A stretch of 64,000 nt of DNA from Octopus sinensis (Eukaryota). The stretch is taken from assembly GCF_006345805.1 (NCBI RefSeq), contig NC_043007.1, positions 44,826,001-44,890,000 on the forward strand, written 5' to 3'. The notes under the pieces were generated by a model, which was not told where the DNA came from, ran no database searches, and was given only the letters and a program-made list of their open reading frames with translations. Shown here one piece after another: positions 1-13,611 of the stretch (its first letter is position 1; each line of letters starts with the position of its first letter). Position numbers and translations under genes: made by a program.

Positions 1-448
1 TACTCTATGTGTGTGTGTATATATATATATATATAGCATGGAAAACGGACGTTAAATGATGATGATGATATATATATTATTCTTTTATTTGTTTCAGTGT
101 GCAACTTCAGTCATGCTGGAGCTCCACTATATTCACACACACACACACACACGCATGTGTATATTATCTATCTATACACACACACACACACGCACACAAT
201 ACATATATGCACACATTTATTTTACTCTGTATACTGATATATATGTGCATTTATATATCTGTCTACGTAACCAGACTACTTTCTTTCTCCCCCTTTGTTT
301 TCCACATCTCTTTCTTTCTCTTCGTCTTACAGTCTATCTATTTCTCCTGTCTGATTTGCATTTCTCACCATTCTTGCTGCTATTTAACCCGCATGTGATA
401 TATATTTCCAATCAAAAACCCAAACAATCCATTTTCTTTACTCACTAG

Positions 449-538
449 ATCGGAGCTATGATGCCAGAATGTCTCCAATGGGTCAGTCAGTGTTTTTTGA
501 AGTGGACCACTTGGCAACATTCACAGTTACTCATGAAG
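449..538 (+). CDS. EPS8: EPS8 exon a (PTB start): RSYDARMSPMGQSVFFEVDHLATFTVTHE
   Basis: Polypyrimidine + AG at 447-448; GTGAGT donor at 539; V-D/E-H-L-x-T-F motif of EPS8 PTB. Confidence 0.9.
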
Positions 539-3500
539 GTGAGTCTTTCAAATTTTCTTTAATTCCATAAATTCCTCATTTTGTCCCATGGCATTTCTGA
601 GATAACAACCTTTTTTGTTGATTTATTTTAGTAAACAACCAGGATACTGGCTGTTCAAAACTCTTACCATTCCTCTCTTTGACCAATTTCTTCATATTCT
701 GTTAGTCTTTGCTTGGTTTCAGTCTTTGAGCTACTTTGCTATTCTGGGAATATTCTCTTCTAGGGTTTTATTCCTTCTTCACTTGCAGTATAGTCTGCCT
801 GATATTTAACTTAGTCTTAGTGATCTCAGAAAGAAGAATAGTGAAGAGGATTTAGTTGTCAAGGGATGTAATGAAAAAAATTGATGAGATACAGTCTGGC
901 TCCACAAAACATTTCCTTGTTTGATGCTCTAGTGATTTTGTTCTTCCTGATAATTTTCTATGTGAGTGTGTGTATGTGTATATATTTCTGTGTATATGTA
1001 TGCGCACACACACTCACACACACACACCCACACATAATGTGTGTGTGTGTATGTATATATACGTATGTTTTTGTTAGTATATGTATGTATGCATACACAT
1101 GTGTATTATATATATATATATATATATATATATCTGTATGTGTGTTTATGTAAATACACATACACAGCGTCTATGTCTCTAATCTCACTTCAAGAAAAAA
1201 AACTAAACAAGCAAAGCATGATTCTGCTTTGATTCTATTAGGTTTCTAATCATCATCATTTACTTTTTCATAGTTGCATGGGTCAGATGGAATCCATTAA
1301 AATAAATTTTCTACAATCTGATGCGCTTCACCTGTTTCCAAGTGAAGTAATATTTCCCCATGGTTGAACATGGAAGTCTGGAAATGAAACGCTCCATTTG
1401 TATGACAGTGACTCTCATTTACATCTATCATGTGATATGAAAGCAAAAGACACAAAAACACTAACATCCACTTCTTTCAGTTTCTGTCTCTCACACAGAT
1501 TTGGTTGGCCCAGGGTTATAACTGAAAATACTTGGCCAAGGTGCTACTCAGTAGGACTGAACTTAAAATCATGTAGCTGGAAAGCAAACCTTTTAACAGG
1601 CCACAGATGCCCTTTTCAAGAATGTGATATAGACAAATTGAAAGACCTGGTCCTTTGTGTTATTAGCATTGCTAAATGATAAATAATACTAAAAAGTTTT
1701 CCCCCCTCTCAGAATAATGGAATGGCTATTGTCTAGCTGCATCTTCTCAGTTTTACAGAAATTTCACATTCCATTCATTGGTATTTCCTTTCATATACTG
1801 TTCCATTGTATTGAATAGACAGTCCTCTACTTTCCTATTGTATTTTCTGAAACTTGTGAATGTTTCAGCTGCTGCTGTTCTTACAGCAATATTGAGAGCA
1901 GTGTATTGCAGAATTAATAAAATGCCAGATACTGTTGGAGTAACTTTATTGGAATCCTGTTTATAGGAACGTACAGAAAGGACTTGAGAGCAGACACTTT
2001 CCTCTTCAGTCAAAACCCTACTTCGCTGCCTTTTTGAGGTCTGTTTGCGAATAAAGATGAGGATAGAAGCTGCTGCTCTTCAGTAAACTTATTGGAGGTG
2101 AAAAAGGTGGACCCAAATGAAAGGACATACTCTCATCGTGCACTTGTAGGCCAGAAAATGAGAACTAGTAGAGGCTCAGGGCAAATCTAGATTTGTGGGG
2201 CTCATTGATTGACATTTCTCCAGTTATTTTGTTGTTGTTATTGCAGTTACTTTTTATATATATATCTTCATATAAACCTCCACTCTTATATATACTGTAT
2301 TTTTTTGTGTTTTCCTCAACATCCTTGGGCCTTGTGGCCATAAAGATGTTGTTGTAGTCCTACTTTCTTCCTCCTCCTCCTCTGCCAAGAATTCACAATG
2401 ACCTCGAACTGACAAGAGTAAACAAAAGAGACAGAGACAGGCAGAAACAAGGAAAATGTCCCTTGTATTTGAATACTATGCAAATATTCTTGAACTTGTA
2501 CTCTTTTTGTGTTAGCTGACTGCACTCACTCAAGAGATGATTGATACTTTCATCTCCTTTCTTGCAGATTCTGCATTTGCTGTCCAGTCTTTAAAAGCTT
2601 TGCTATATTGGTAGATTGATGTTATTCATACCTCAAGACAGAACATATTCATATAAGATGACTGTCTATAAGCAAAGGCTCTGGTTTTAATACTTGCAAT
2701 AGAGTACTAAAGGCATTCAAAGAATATGTGGCTTTATCAGATATGTCTGAACAGCTTGTTCTTGAGTGGCTGTAATTAGCACTTTGGTCTCTTGTTTCAG
2801 GTTTCCACTCATCAGCCATAGCTAGTGTTTTTTACCTCTAGCATCTTTGGTTTGTTATATGAATTTGTCATGTAATTCTATTTTTTTGTCATTTGCTAGT
2901 TCTGTTATTTTATCTTCTGTTCCTGAATTCTATTGTTTCAGTAAATTTTTGTGCATCTCTGGCTGCCAAATAGCTTTCTTTCTTCAATCTGCATAACATA
3001 ACTAGTTAATCCCATTATTACAGTATTAACTGTGACTTCTGCATTTAGTAATCCCCTATCTCCTTCCTTTTTTGGTATCTGTTGGTATTACTTTTAAGGT
3101 GGTGTGCATTGTGAGCAGCGTCCTAGTTCTTCTGTCCAAGTTCTTCACCTTGACTTTTGTCCATTGTAGAAAGGAAGCAGAGTGTCTTAATGCTGGCATA
3201 GTCCTTGTATTTATTACTTTAATGATATTCCCTCCATTTAATTTTGTTTCAAGCACCTTCTGAATTCTCTTGTACTCTCTGGAAATTTTCTCTCTCATTT
3301 CTCCTTCCTATTTCTTTACTGCTCACAAGAGGCTACACACAAGGTGACAAACAAGGACAGACAAATGGATTAAGTCGATTATATCGACCCCAGTGCATAA
3401 TTGGTTCTTATTTAATCAACCCCGAAAGGATGAAAGGCAAAGTCGACTTCGGCAGAATTTGAACTCAGTACGTAGCGGCAGACGAAATACTGCTAAGCAC

Positions 3501-6242
3501 TTTGCCTGGCATGATAATGTTTCTGTCAGCTCGCCGCCTTTCTCCTTCTCATTCTCTTTCCATTATCCCTAAGTATTTGTATCTGCCACTATTCCACAGC
3601 AATCTCATGATATTGTCTTGAGGTAATTTTATACCATCAAAGTTTGTCTTCTAGACTAGGGATCACCAAACTTTTTCCCAGTGCACACATATCTAAATCT
3701 CACAAACTAAACAGCATAAAAGGTTAGTGAGATTTGTGAAAATGGTGTTTAACTTTCAAGATATCATCAATATTTGCTTTGGAATTGCTACATCCAACCA
3801 AGAGAATTGCTTTCAAATGATCATTAGTCAACCTCGTTTGATGTGCTGACTTCACATACTTCGGTTTTGAAAATGTTTACTCACAGACATAAGTTGTTCC
3901 AAACACTGATGTCATACCAGAGGCAAATGAACTCTCATTGCAGGTACTTACATAAAAGATGAACTGTTCTAGACTATCTTCATAATTAGCACTATTTTTA
4001 TTTATCCCAGACTGCATTCCAATATCCTTGCTGAATACTCTTACTGTTTGGATTAGAGAATCCAGGTCTTTTTCACTTTTTGTAGATAGTTTACAGTCAT
4101 CCATATAAAGCAAGTGTTTTATTTTCACCTTGGTTTTGGTAAATTCATAGTCAGTCCTGGAGTTTTTCAGTTTACATGTCAGGGGGAATAACACAATGAT
4201 GAAGAGTAATGTAGAGAGATTCTCAAGAAGGTTCACACACGAATTTTCAAGTTTCCTAATGACTCATTTGTAAATGTAAGTTCTAATTTCCACATTCTCA
4301 TTTCTTTCTCTAAAAAGCTCTTTATCTTCTCATTGACTCAGTGCATCTTCAGGCACTCCAAGAGCTATCAGTATGGAACATTGTTGTAAACCTTCCTGTA
4401 ATCTATTCAGCCAACAGCTAAATTCTTCTTTCTTACTAGTGCCTCACAATATATTATTACTATGTAATGTTTTGGTTTTGCTTTAATCTATATGAGTTGC
4501 AACCAAATCTCAACCAGAGACATCATGGGACAACAAGGTTTTGCATCTAAAGATGCTAACGGCCTCATGCAAATGAAAATACTGATTTCTGTTGGAGAAA
4601 AAAAAAAAGAACTGCAGAGTAAGATTGTATTCACTTAGAGAGGAATTTACATGAAATATGTGAGGTACCCATAAATAGGATCTTTTGTAATTTGCTCATT
4701 ATTATTATTGAGTGAGGGAGCAGTGCATGCCATCAAAGTGACACTGGGGTAAAATATATGAAGCCCAGTATACCCATCATGACTACCCGTCTGATAAGGG
4801 TACACATTATTGAATGAGAGGGTAGTGCATGCCATCAAAGTGACATTGAGGTAAAATATATGAAGCCCAGTATACCCTTATCCATTTGATAAGGATATAC
4901 CAAGCTCCGGCATCACAACTATATATGTGTGACATGGTGATTTCATATCAAGATAAAACGCACATGATCTTGCAAGTGGGGTCCAGTTAGAATTTTCTTC
5001 AGGTTGAGTAGCCTAACCCACTCAAAAAGCCCCTGAATAAGGGGTGTTTAAGGATGTTGACTGAAACACCCATGTTTCTAGAGGTGAATTATTTAAACCC
5101 CAAAGAATTCCTCTCAACACATGGCAATGATGCTCCCTCACTACTTCTGCACATGATCAGAGATGCACATGTCGTCAGCCACCAAGGGACATGTTCAACT
5201 GGTTAAGGTCAAGCAACAGATAAGCAAATCTGTGGTATATAGCAGAATATTTGCTGTAGTCCATCTTTCATACCAAGACATTATTATTTATTATTATTAT
5301 TGTTATGCCAGTGAACTAGCAGAATCGTTAATGCTTCAGAGAAAATGCATAATGGTATTTCTTCAGATTCTTTACACTCTGAGTTTAAATTCTGTCATGG
5401 TCAGCTTTGCTTTTTATATCCCTTGTTTATTGTATTATCATTATTACTATTCTGGGACACTTCACTCCATTCTGTACTGTCAGTCATGGTCTACACTCTC
5501 CCAGCTCCCTCACCCCAAATCATATCATTGATCACCCCTTCATCCTGTTCACTATTTAATACTTTAAACTCTTGACCCTACCCAATCTCTACAGTCACCT
5601 AGTCTTCCCTATCTTTCTTCCAATGTGTATTTATAAGCAGCTGGCCTTTGGCCATTGTTCTTCATTCATTATATTTGCCACCTCAATCCTTCCCCATCCC
5701 TCACTCACTCTCCCCATGCACACTTGCAACTTCTCCCCACCCACACTTCCTGCTCTTCTGTCACTACTTTTATTCACCTTCTTGTATCTCCAAGATCTAC
5801 CCTGGCACTTCATTGGCACTATTTTATCTTACTTTCTACCCCCCCCCTTCAGTTGCCTTCCCAGTTACCCTTACTCTTCTGTAATGTAAGTAGCCAGCTA
5901 ACTCCACTACAGTAACATCTCTTAGTATAAAGCTACTTACCTGTTTGCTGTATCCCTTCTCAAATAAAGGGGATTTTAGTCCTGTATACTGCAGGACACC
6001 TTCAGTGGTGCTAGTGCTCTTTACTCTTTACGTGTTTCAGTCATTTGACTGTGGCCTTGCTGGAGCACCGCCTTTTAGTCGAGCAAATCGACCCCAGGAC
6101 TTATTCTTTGTAAGCCTAGTACTTATTCTATCAGTCTCTTTTGCTGAACCACTAAGTTACAGGGACATAAACACACCAGCATCAGATGTCAAGTGATGTT
6201 GGGGAGCGGGGAACAAACACAGACACACAAACATATACACAC

Positions 6243-6291
<49 letters not shown>

Positions 6292-9200
6292 TATATATAC
6301 ACGACGGGCTTCTTTCAGTTTCTGTCTACCAAATCCACTCACAAGGCTTTGGTCTGCCCTAGGCTATAGTAGAAGACACTTACCCAAGGTGCCACACAGT
6401 GGGACTGAACCCGGAACCATGTGGTTGGTAAGCAAGCTACTTACCACACAGCCACTCCTACGCCTATCCACACAGCCATACCATGACAAAAAGTACACAG
6501 TATACTGTAAAATGCTTGACATATAGAAGGACATTCAGCTGTTGAAACAGTGCCAGAACACTTTGGAGTATGATGCAGACTTTGGACTGTTTTGAGTTAA
6601 AATCTCATCTGCTCTTACAAGTAAAAGATTGAGTCTTTTGAGACCTGGTGGTGGTGGTGTGGGGGAATGGTTGATAGGCTTAGAAAGCTCTTAAGCAAGC
6701 ATCCAAGTGTTCCAGGTGACCAAGGTCAATGCCAGTTTATCAGCTGGCAAGCAAAAATAATGGGGGTCTCATGTTTGGTTCCCCCAACAAATGTATGAAT
6801 GTATATGTGTGTATCTGTATCCAAGTTTGTGCTTATGTTTACTGATTTAAACCAATGTGTCACATTGCATCACTTTGTCTTGTAACTTAGCTGTTTCATA
6901 AATAGAAATCAATGAGATTTAGTACTAAACTGAAATAAGTACTTGTATCAGAATTATCCATTAAAACCTTTGGAGGTGTCCTGGCATGTTTCTTTGAATC
7001 TAATTGTTTTTTCTCTTTTGTTTTTGTTGCTTATTTACAGAAACGCATAATCCTGAAGCTGGTGTTGCAAAGTTGTCTACAATGGCAAACACAAGTGGAA
7101 TATGGACAATGAAATGCACACTAGCTATAGAAAGAAACCATTTAATAATTAAGGAAAAAGGCACTGAAGTAAGTACGGAAGATTAAAACTCATTCCCTTT
7201 ACTGAAAATTTCTTTTATAATCTATTTAGGCATCTTCACAGAATTGGTTTTCCACTATTTTCATGACAGATTTTCTTTAACAGTTTTGTATCTTAATATG
7301 AAATCATATAAAGGCAGTGAGCTTGCAGAATTGTTAGCATGCCATGTGAAATGCTTAGCAGCACTTTGTTTTGACATTCTCAGTTCAAATACCACTGAGA
7401 TCAACTTTGCCTTTCATCCTTTCGGGGGTGATAAAATAAGTACTACTTCCACCAACTAATTTACAATTGTTTTTCCAGTTATATTACTGACATTGTTCGG
7501 TCTATGACCATTCTTACTACTGGCATTTTAATGATCTATGACCTGTCTTATTACTGGCATTGTATGATCTATGACCAATCTTGTTATTGGTATTGCAATA
7601 TCTACGACCAATCCTGTGATTAGCATTGCAATATTTATTGCCAATGCTATTATTGGCTTTGCAATATCCAGGGTTATTTCTGTTACTTATATTGTAGTAC
7701 CTCTAGCCATGCCATATCCATGGTCAGTCCTGTTGCTGTTATTGTAGTATCAATGGTTGATCTAATTAATCCCAGTATTTTTACTAGTAGGATATTCTAA
7801 GATAATTGATCAGTCAATGTGTAACATCCGTGTTGACTGTGTCCATATCCAATACCCTTCTGCGGCAACTGGCCAAATACAATGTACTTCTTTCCTGTTG
7901 GTCTTCCTCAGGTCAACCCTGGTTGAGCAGACTCCTGATCAAAAATATCACGTCTATGTATGTCTGTGATCTCATTCTCCAATATGTACTGTCTTATTAA
8001 TGATGGTAGGGTGTGATTTGCAGATGATTTGGCTGCTATTTCTAGTAGGCAGAGGCTTTCTCATTGGCTCCTGTTCATGTAGTTTTGAATAGGTGCACTG
8101 AGGAGGTATTGCTTACCATTATTTATTGTTATGAAAACTGAATAATCAAATATCGTTGTAAGAATTGGTGGATACTTATGGTTTGGTCAAACACCAAGTA
8201 GTTAATTCAATTTATCTCTCTTTTAAGAGTTTTAAACTAATTAAATTGATTGACTGTTACATTCTAATTTATTAATTAGAATAATTTTAATATTATGGAT
8301 CTTGATAAAACATTAATAACTAAAAATGGAAAAAATAAATAGGAAACAAATAAGCAAAAAATAGATTATTAATTATTAGGTGTACTTCTTTTAATTCTTT
8401 GAAGCATAGTGGTTATATAGTGATTTTGCATTTCTTTATGCAGTCCTTTGCATTTTTATTGAGCTCTTCAAGGCCTTTTGAGCTGCAGGGATTGGGCTGT
8501 AGCATGCAGACAAAGTAGTCTTCCATAGTATGGTCTGTTTGTCCACATTCACAGATAGCTGGGCCAGTCTTGTAGTCTCCATTTGATTAAAGCAATTTTT
8601 GATTATCCTCAGGTAGTTGAGTGTCTTTCACTGCTTCCATAGTGCTTCTGAACCAGGAAGGTGGTCTTCAGCAGGAGTAATTCCTGTCTTGATTGAAGGA
8701 GGTCTATTTTCAAGCTTTCCCACCCAAAGTTGGAGTCTGGTTCTTTCTTGTGATTTTGTTAGGATTTGGACATTGCTGAAAAAGCTTCTTGACTTCAGTT
8801 GTTGGTCAGGAGGTTGACATCCATGGAGGAGGTGGCATTCATTACTAGTAGCCTTTGTCATTTCATCATTGACTGGACACTTCTGTCTGATATCAGCAAG
8901 GGCAATACCAGTGAGAAGGAGCTGGTTGTTGGTGTTGGTGGGGGTTTAATGCAACCAGTGATAGACAGTAAACGTTTTTCGACACTGGGTCAAGTTTTTT
9001 AGTATGAGCATGATCTCTCCCAGACAGGGCATGCAGACACCACAGAGGGATAGCACAAGATTAAATCAGTAGGTCTCAATGCAGTATTAAAAAAAAAAAA
9101 CTAGGGGCAATAAACTAAAACCATAATTTCACATTCAAGGAACACAATATAAAAGAAAGTGTCAACAACAAATAAAAAAACTCAGAATATTAGATGAATT

Positions 9201-10585
9201 AATCAGGGTAAAAAAACTCCTTCGGTCATGAATGACCATGGTATTGCACCTAGAAAATTACCCTCATAGTACAATGTTTACGCAAAGTTGTTTATGCAAG
9301 ACCAGCAGTCACCCATGCATACCAGCCTCCCCTCTTCATGCCACTGATGTTATCCAAGGGAAAGGCAAAGGCCGACACAACTTGGCACCAGAGACATCAT
9401 AATTCCTTTGCACAGCTGAGTGAACTGGAGCAACATGAAATAGTGTCTTGCTCAAGAATACACAGCCCAGTCTGGGAATTGAACTCACTACCTCGTGATT
9501 GTGAGCCTGACACTCTAACCACTGAGCCATGTACCTTCACAATTAATCAATTGCTAAATTAAATACTTAATTTCTCATAAATTAAATTTATATTTTTAAA
9601 AATATTTTTTATTCTCTTTTCTTTTCGTTCTCGTGTTTTTAAATATTTAGAGCATGCTGGATTGCTTTCCTTTACCAAACATCTACAACCCTTTTGCAAT
9701 AACTAAATCAGAGAAATGTGATGTTTACAATAACTTGGTGGTGTTGAGTGTTATTGACAACACTAAAAGAGATAATCAGCCTCAGATGCACATCTTTCTC
9801 GCTGGATCAATTCCGGTAAGTAACAATTTTGCTCCCTTCTCAACGCCTTGTATAAAGTCACTACACACTCTCTCTCTCTCTCTGCTACGTCACCTACTCA
9901 GTCAAGAGAGGCTTTTTTCTTTGTCTTGCAAATTACTTGGTGACCTTACTAGTGCTGGTGTCCTGAAAAAAGCACCCTGTACCTGCTGTAAAGTGGTTGG
10001 CATTAGTAAAGATATCCAGCCATAGAAATCATTCCAAAGCAGACCCTACAGCTCAACGCAGTCCTCCAGCTTGTCAGTTCCCGGTGAACCACTCAACATT
10101 CACCTGCATGGAAGAAGTGTGTTAAATGGTGATAATGGTATGTGTGCTTTTGTGTATGTTTGTGTTTGTTTTATGTGTGTTTTGTGTATGTGTATATTAG
10201 AGTGCTTGTACTTAAATATATTCACATACATGGCAGTTCATTCACAATACTTCAAAATAATGGAAATATTGGTTTGATCCTGCTGTGCATCTTAGGTCAA
10301 ATAAGTGCATTTGACTATAATCTCTGCTTGAGCTAAGTGTCTATGTCTATCCTTGGGTTGTTCCAAGTCATATGTGTGAAACTGAGTAGATGGAAACTGG
10401 GTAGAATGTTTTAGGAACGACATCCAACCATAGAAGCCATAGCAAAACAGACAATGGTGCCTGGTGCAGTCCTTGGCCTTACCAGCTCTTGTCAAACCAT
10501 CTAACCCATGCTAGCATGGAAAACAAATGTTAAATGATTATGATAGTTACAATGATGATGTGTGTATGTATGTATGTATGTATAT

Positions 10586-10638
<53 letters not shown>

Positions 10639-13573
10639 ATGTATGTATGTATAAATGTGTGTATGTATATGTACTTTATATATATTTGTATGTATATATA
10701 AATGTATGTATATTATATACGTACATATGTGTGTGAAGTACCAGTCAAATACTGTGGTTGATAATATCCACTAATCCTCATCTGTTGAAATTGTTGGCCT
10801 TGTGTCTAAATCAGAAACCATTATTAATATCAGCATTAAGGTGGCAAGCTGGTGGAATCATTTGCATTTTATTCATCTTTATGTTCTGAGTTCAAATTCT
10901 TCTGAGGTTGACTTTGCCTTTCTTCCTTTTGCGGTTAATAAAATAAGTACAAGTTGAGCACTGGGGTCAATGTAATTGACTCACCCACTCCCTAAAATTG
11001 CTGGCTTTGTACAAAATTTGAAACTATTTTCAATATCGGCATCATTTCTTTACAGGCTCAAGATATTGTTGATGAAATTTTGAATGCAAAAGCTGGCCGT
11101 CCTCCTACCAGTCGTTTCAAGTAAGGATTGAAGTTGCTTTCTATTTGTTGCTGTTTTTATCCCAGGGCTGCTATTATCAAGCAAACCTATATAAATGATT
11201 TGTTGACAGTGATGGAATGTTTGCAGTTAACTTACTCCCTCCATCAAATTGATATTGCTTGTACAGGTGTGCTATGTGTCACATGTCAGATGTCAAAGTG
11301 ATCTGAGAGCAATATGAAATGATGTTCTGCTCATGAACACAGTGCATTGCCCCATCTGGGAATCAAACCCACTATCTTGCAATTTTATCTGTAACACCCT
11401 AACTACTAGGCCACATGTCTTTATGCTGTAGAATATTTTAAAGTACATTATGGTGATTTGGTTGCCATTTTAACATGCAATGTGACCATGTAAAGGCTCC
11501 TTCATTGAATAATTTAGTCAGAGTCCACTCTGTTGCAAACATTTAGATCAGATCTTCCACCTAATCTTGGAGTCCATTCAATAAAGATCATGATTACTAG
11601 TTTTTTATCTTTGTGTAATCTATAACATTAAAAAAAAAATGATAATCAAATAACTATTGTCATGGTACATCAGAAATTTAGATCACAATCTTTGGTAAAA
11701 TATAAACAAAGAATAATCTTAGCTTATCTCAGAGATTAGTCAAGTCAGCCCTCAAACAAAGCTGTGATCAAAAGTGTTCCAACTGTAACTTTTTAAGGTT
11801 TTAAATCTGTATACAGGTTTACCTTATCTGTTTGTTATTGATTTTTTTAAAAGACATTTTCATTTGTGGAAGATTTTGTTTCTGTTACTAGCATTTCTTA
11901 CTGTGATAAGAAAACCTTTGTCATTAGCTTCAATCTTGTTAGATGTCAAGGAATGCTGTTAGGGGCTGAAGCCTTTAATGTTTTCTAAGAATCACTTCTT
12001 TGTCTGAAGAAGATAGCCTGTGAATATGACCCAATCCATATTTTTTCAGACACTTTATACGAGTGAGAAGTTAAACCATTGTATTAATTGTTTAGTTTAA
12101 ATTTTTGCTGCTTCATACTTGGAGAGGTGAATACTTGAAGCTCATGTTGGGTGAGATGTTGGTTAGCACTTGGAAGGAGATGTTTTATATCTGTGTTACT
12201 ATATTTACATCTCTGTATGAAGGGGTGCTGAAAAGTTCCTGGCTTTGTGTAAAAGAAAATACTAGAGGATCAGTTAATAATGATTTTATTTGACATATTT
12301 CCCTCTCAGAGTCACACACTTATTGCAGTGGTCCTTCGGTTTTTTCAAGCCCTGTAATAGAACTCAGAAGGTTGGGCCTCCAACCAGGCCTCTTGCAATA
12401 CCCTTAAATCCAGGAACTTTTCAGTACCCCCTTGTATAATTAAAAATTCACTGTGCTGCTATGGTTACATAAGTTTATCAGATTGTAGGTTTATATTTGT
12501 GTTAGTATGGTTATATGTGTGTATCTTAATTAAAGTTTACTATCTGTGTTACTATGGTTACATATGTTTGTCTCATTTGAGGTTTATACCTTTGTTACAG
12601 TAACAAACTCATACCACCACCACCCACTCAGCCTGCTCCAGAACCACCAAATTTTATGAATGCCAAATCTAGCTTTGTTCCCACACCAGGTAATTATTTC
12701 ATTACTTGTTTCATGGTATTGCCTGGGTAGCCAGGACTGAGACAGAATAATTGAATGATGTTGGAATGATCAAACTGGTTGTTGATTGAAATAACTGGTT
12801 GTTCATTGAAAAGTGTTTGAAAAAAGTTTTTGTGGGTGGTTGGGTCATATATGTATGTATGGATGATGTTTGTTTGTTGTAGTGTTTTGTTACAGAGTAT
12901 TTAGTTGTGATTTATATTTCTTTACACATGTGTCTATATGTATGTATGCACACACACACACATGCTCATACATACACACATACATATTTGTAAAGAAATA
13001 TAAATCACAACTAAATATTCTACAACAATATACTAGGATGAGAAAATGCAATTTATTCACTATAAATAACAACAAACAACAAAAATAAAACAACAGTTGT
13101 AGTAATGGGTTTCCTCCAGGATTCGAAACCCTAACTTCAAACTACTTCACAATTACACCTTGTACTTTCTTAGCACTAGTTACTGATGTCATCCTAAGCT
13201 TAACCAATTAAATTTTTTACTAGTCGAAACTGAACTTTCAGGAAGAAAAATTTAAAAAAAAACCCATTTAGCTGAGCAAGATAAGTGACTTCTTGACAGA
13301 ATCAACCAACTGGACAGCTGGACAATTGTCAGACAGAAACATGTTATCAAAACAGCTGATAAAACAGATGATTTCACCAGGAAGTCAACCAACCAGAACG
13401 CTGGCCTACTACTAAACCAAAGTATGTAACCAGAACATCTGAGAAAGGAGTGACATATTCAGGCAGTCAGCTAACCAAAATGCTGGACTATGGGCAGACA
13501 AATATAAGTGACATCATTAAGCTTATAACCAATCAGAACTTGAACCTATATCTTAAAAAGCTTTCTTTCTCTC

Positions 13574-13611
<38 letters not shown>

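Noticed and set aside
6400-6464. tRNA-like heads of SINEs as tRNA genes
   Set aside because: They have A/B-box similarity only, lack a full cloverleaf, and are fused to SINE bodies.
12596-12882. Intronic GTGGGTGGTTGG...GTTTGTTTGTTGTA as an editing-complementary sequence for exon e
   Set aside because: The pairing relies on low-complexity sequence and is expected by chance.
13165-13240. ACTGATGT...AGTCGAAACTG hammerhead candidate
   Set aside because: No helix II pairing adjacent to the core and A9 is missing.
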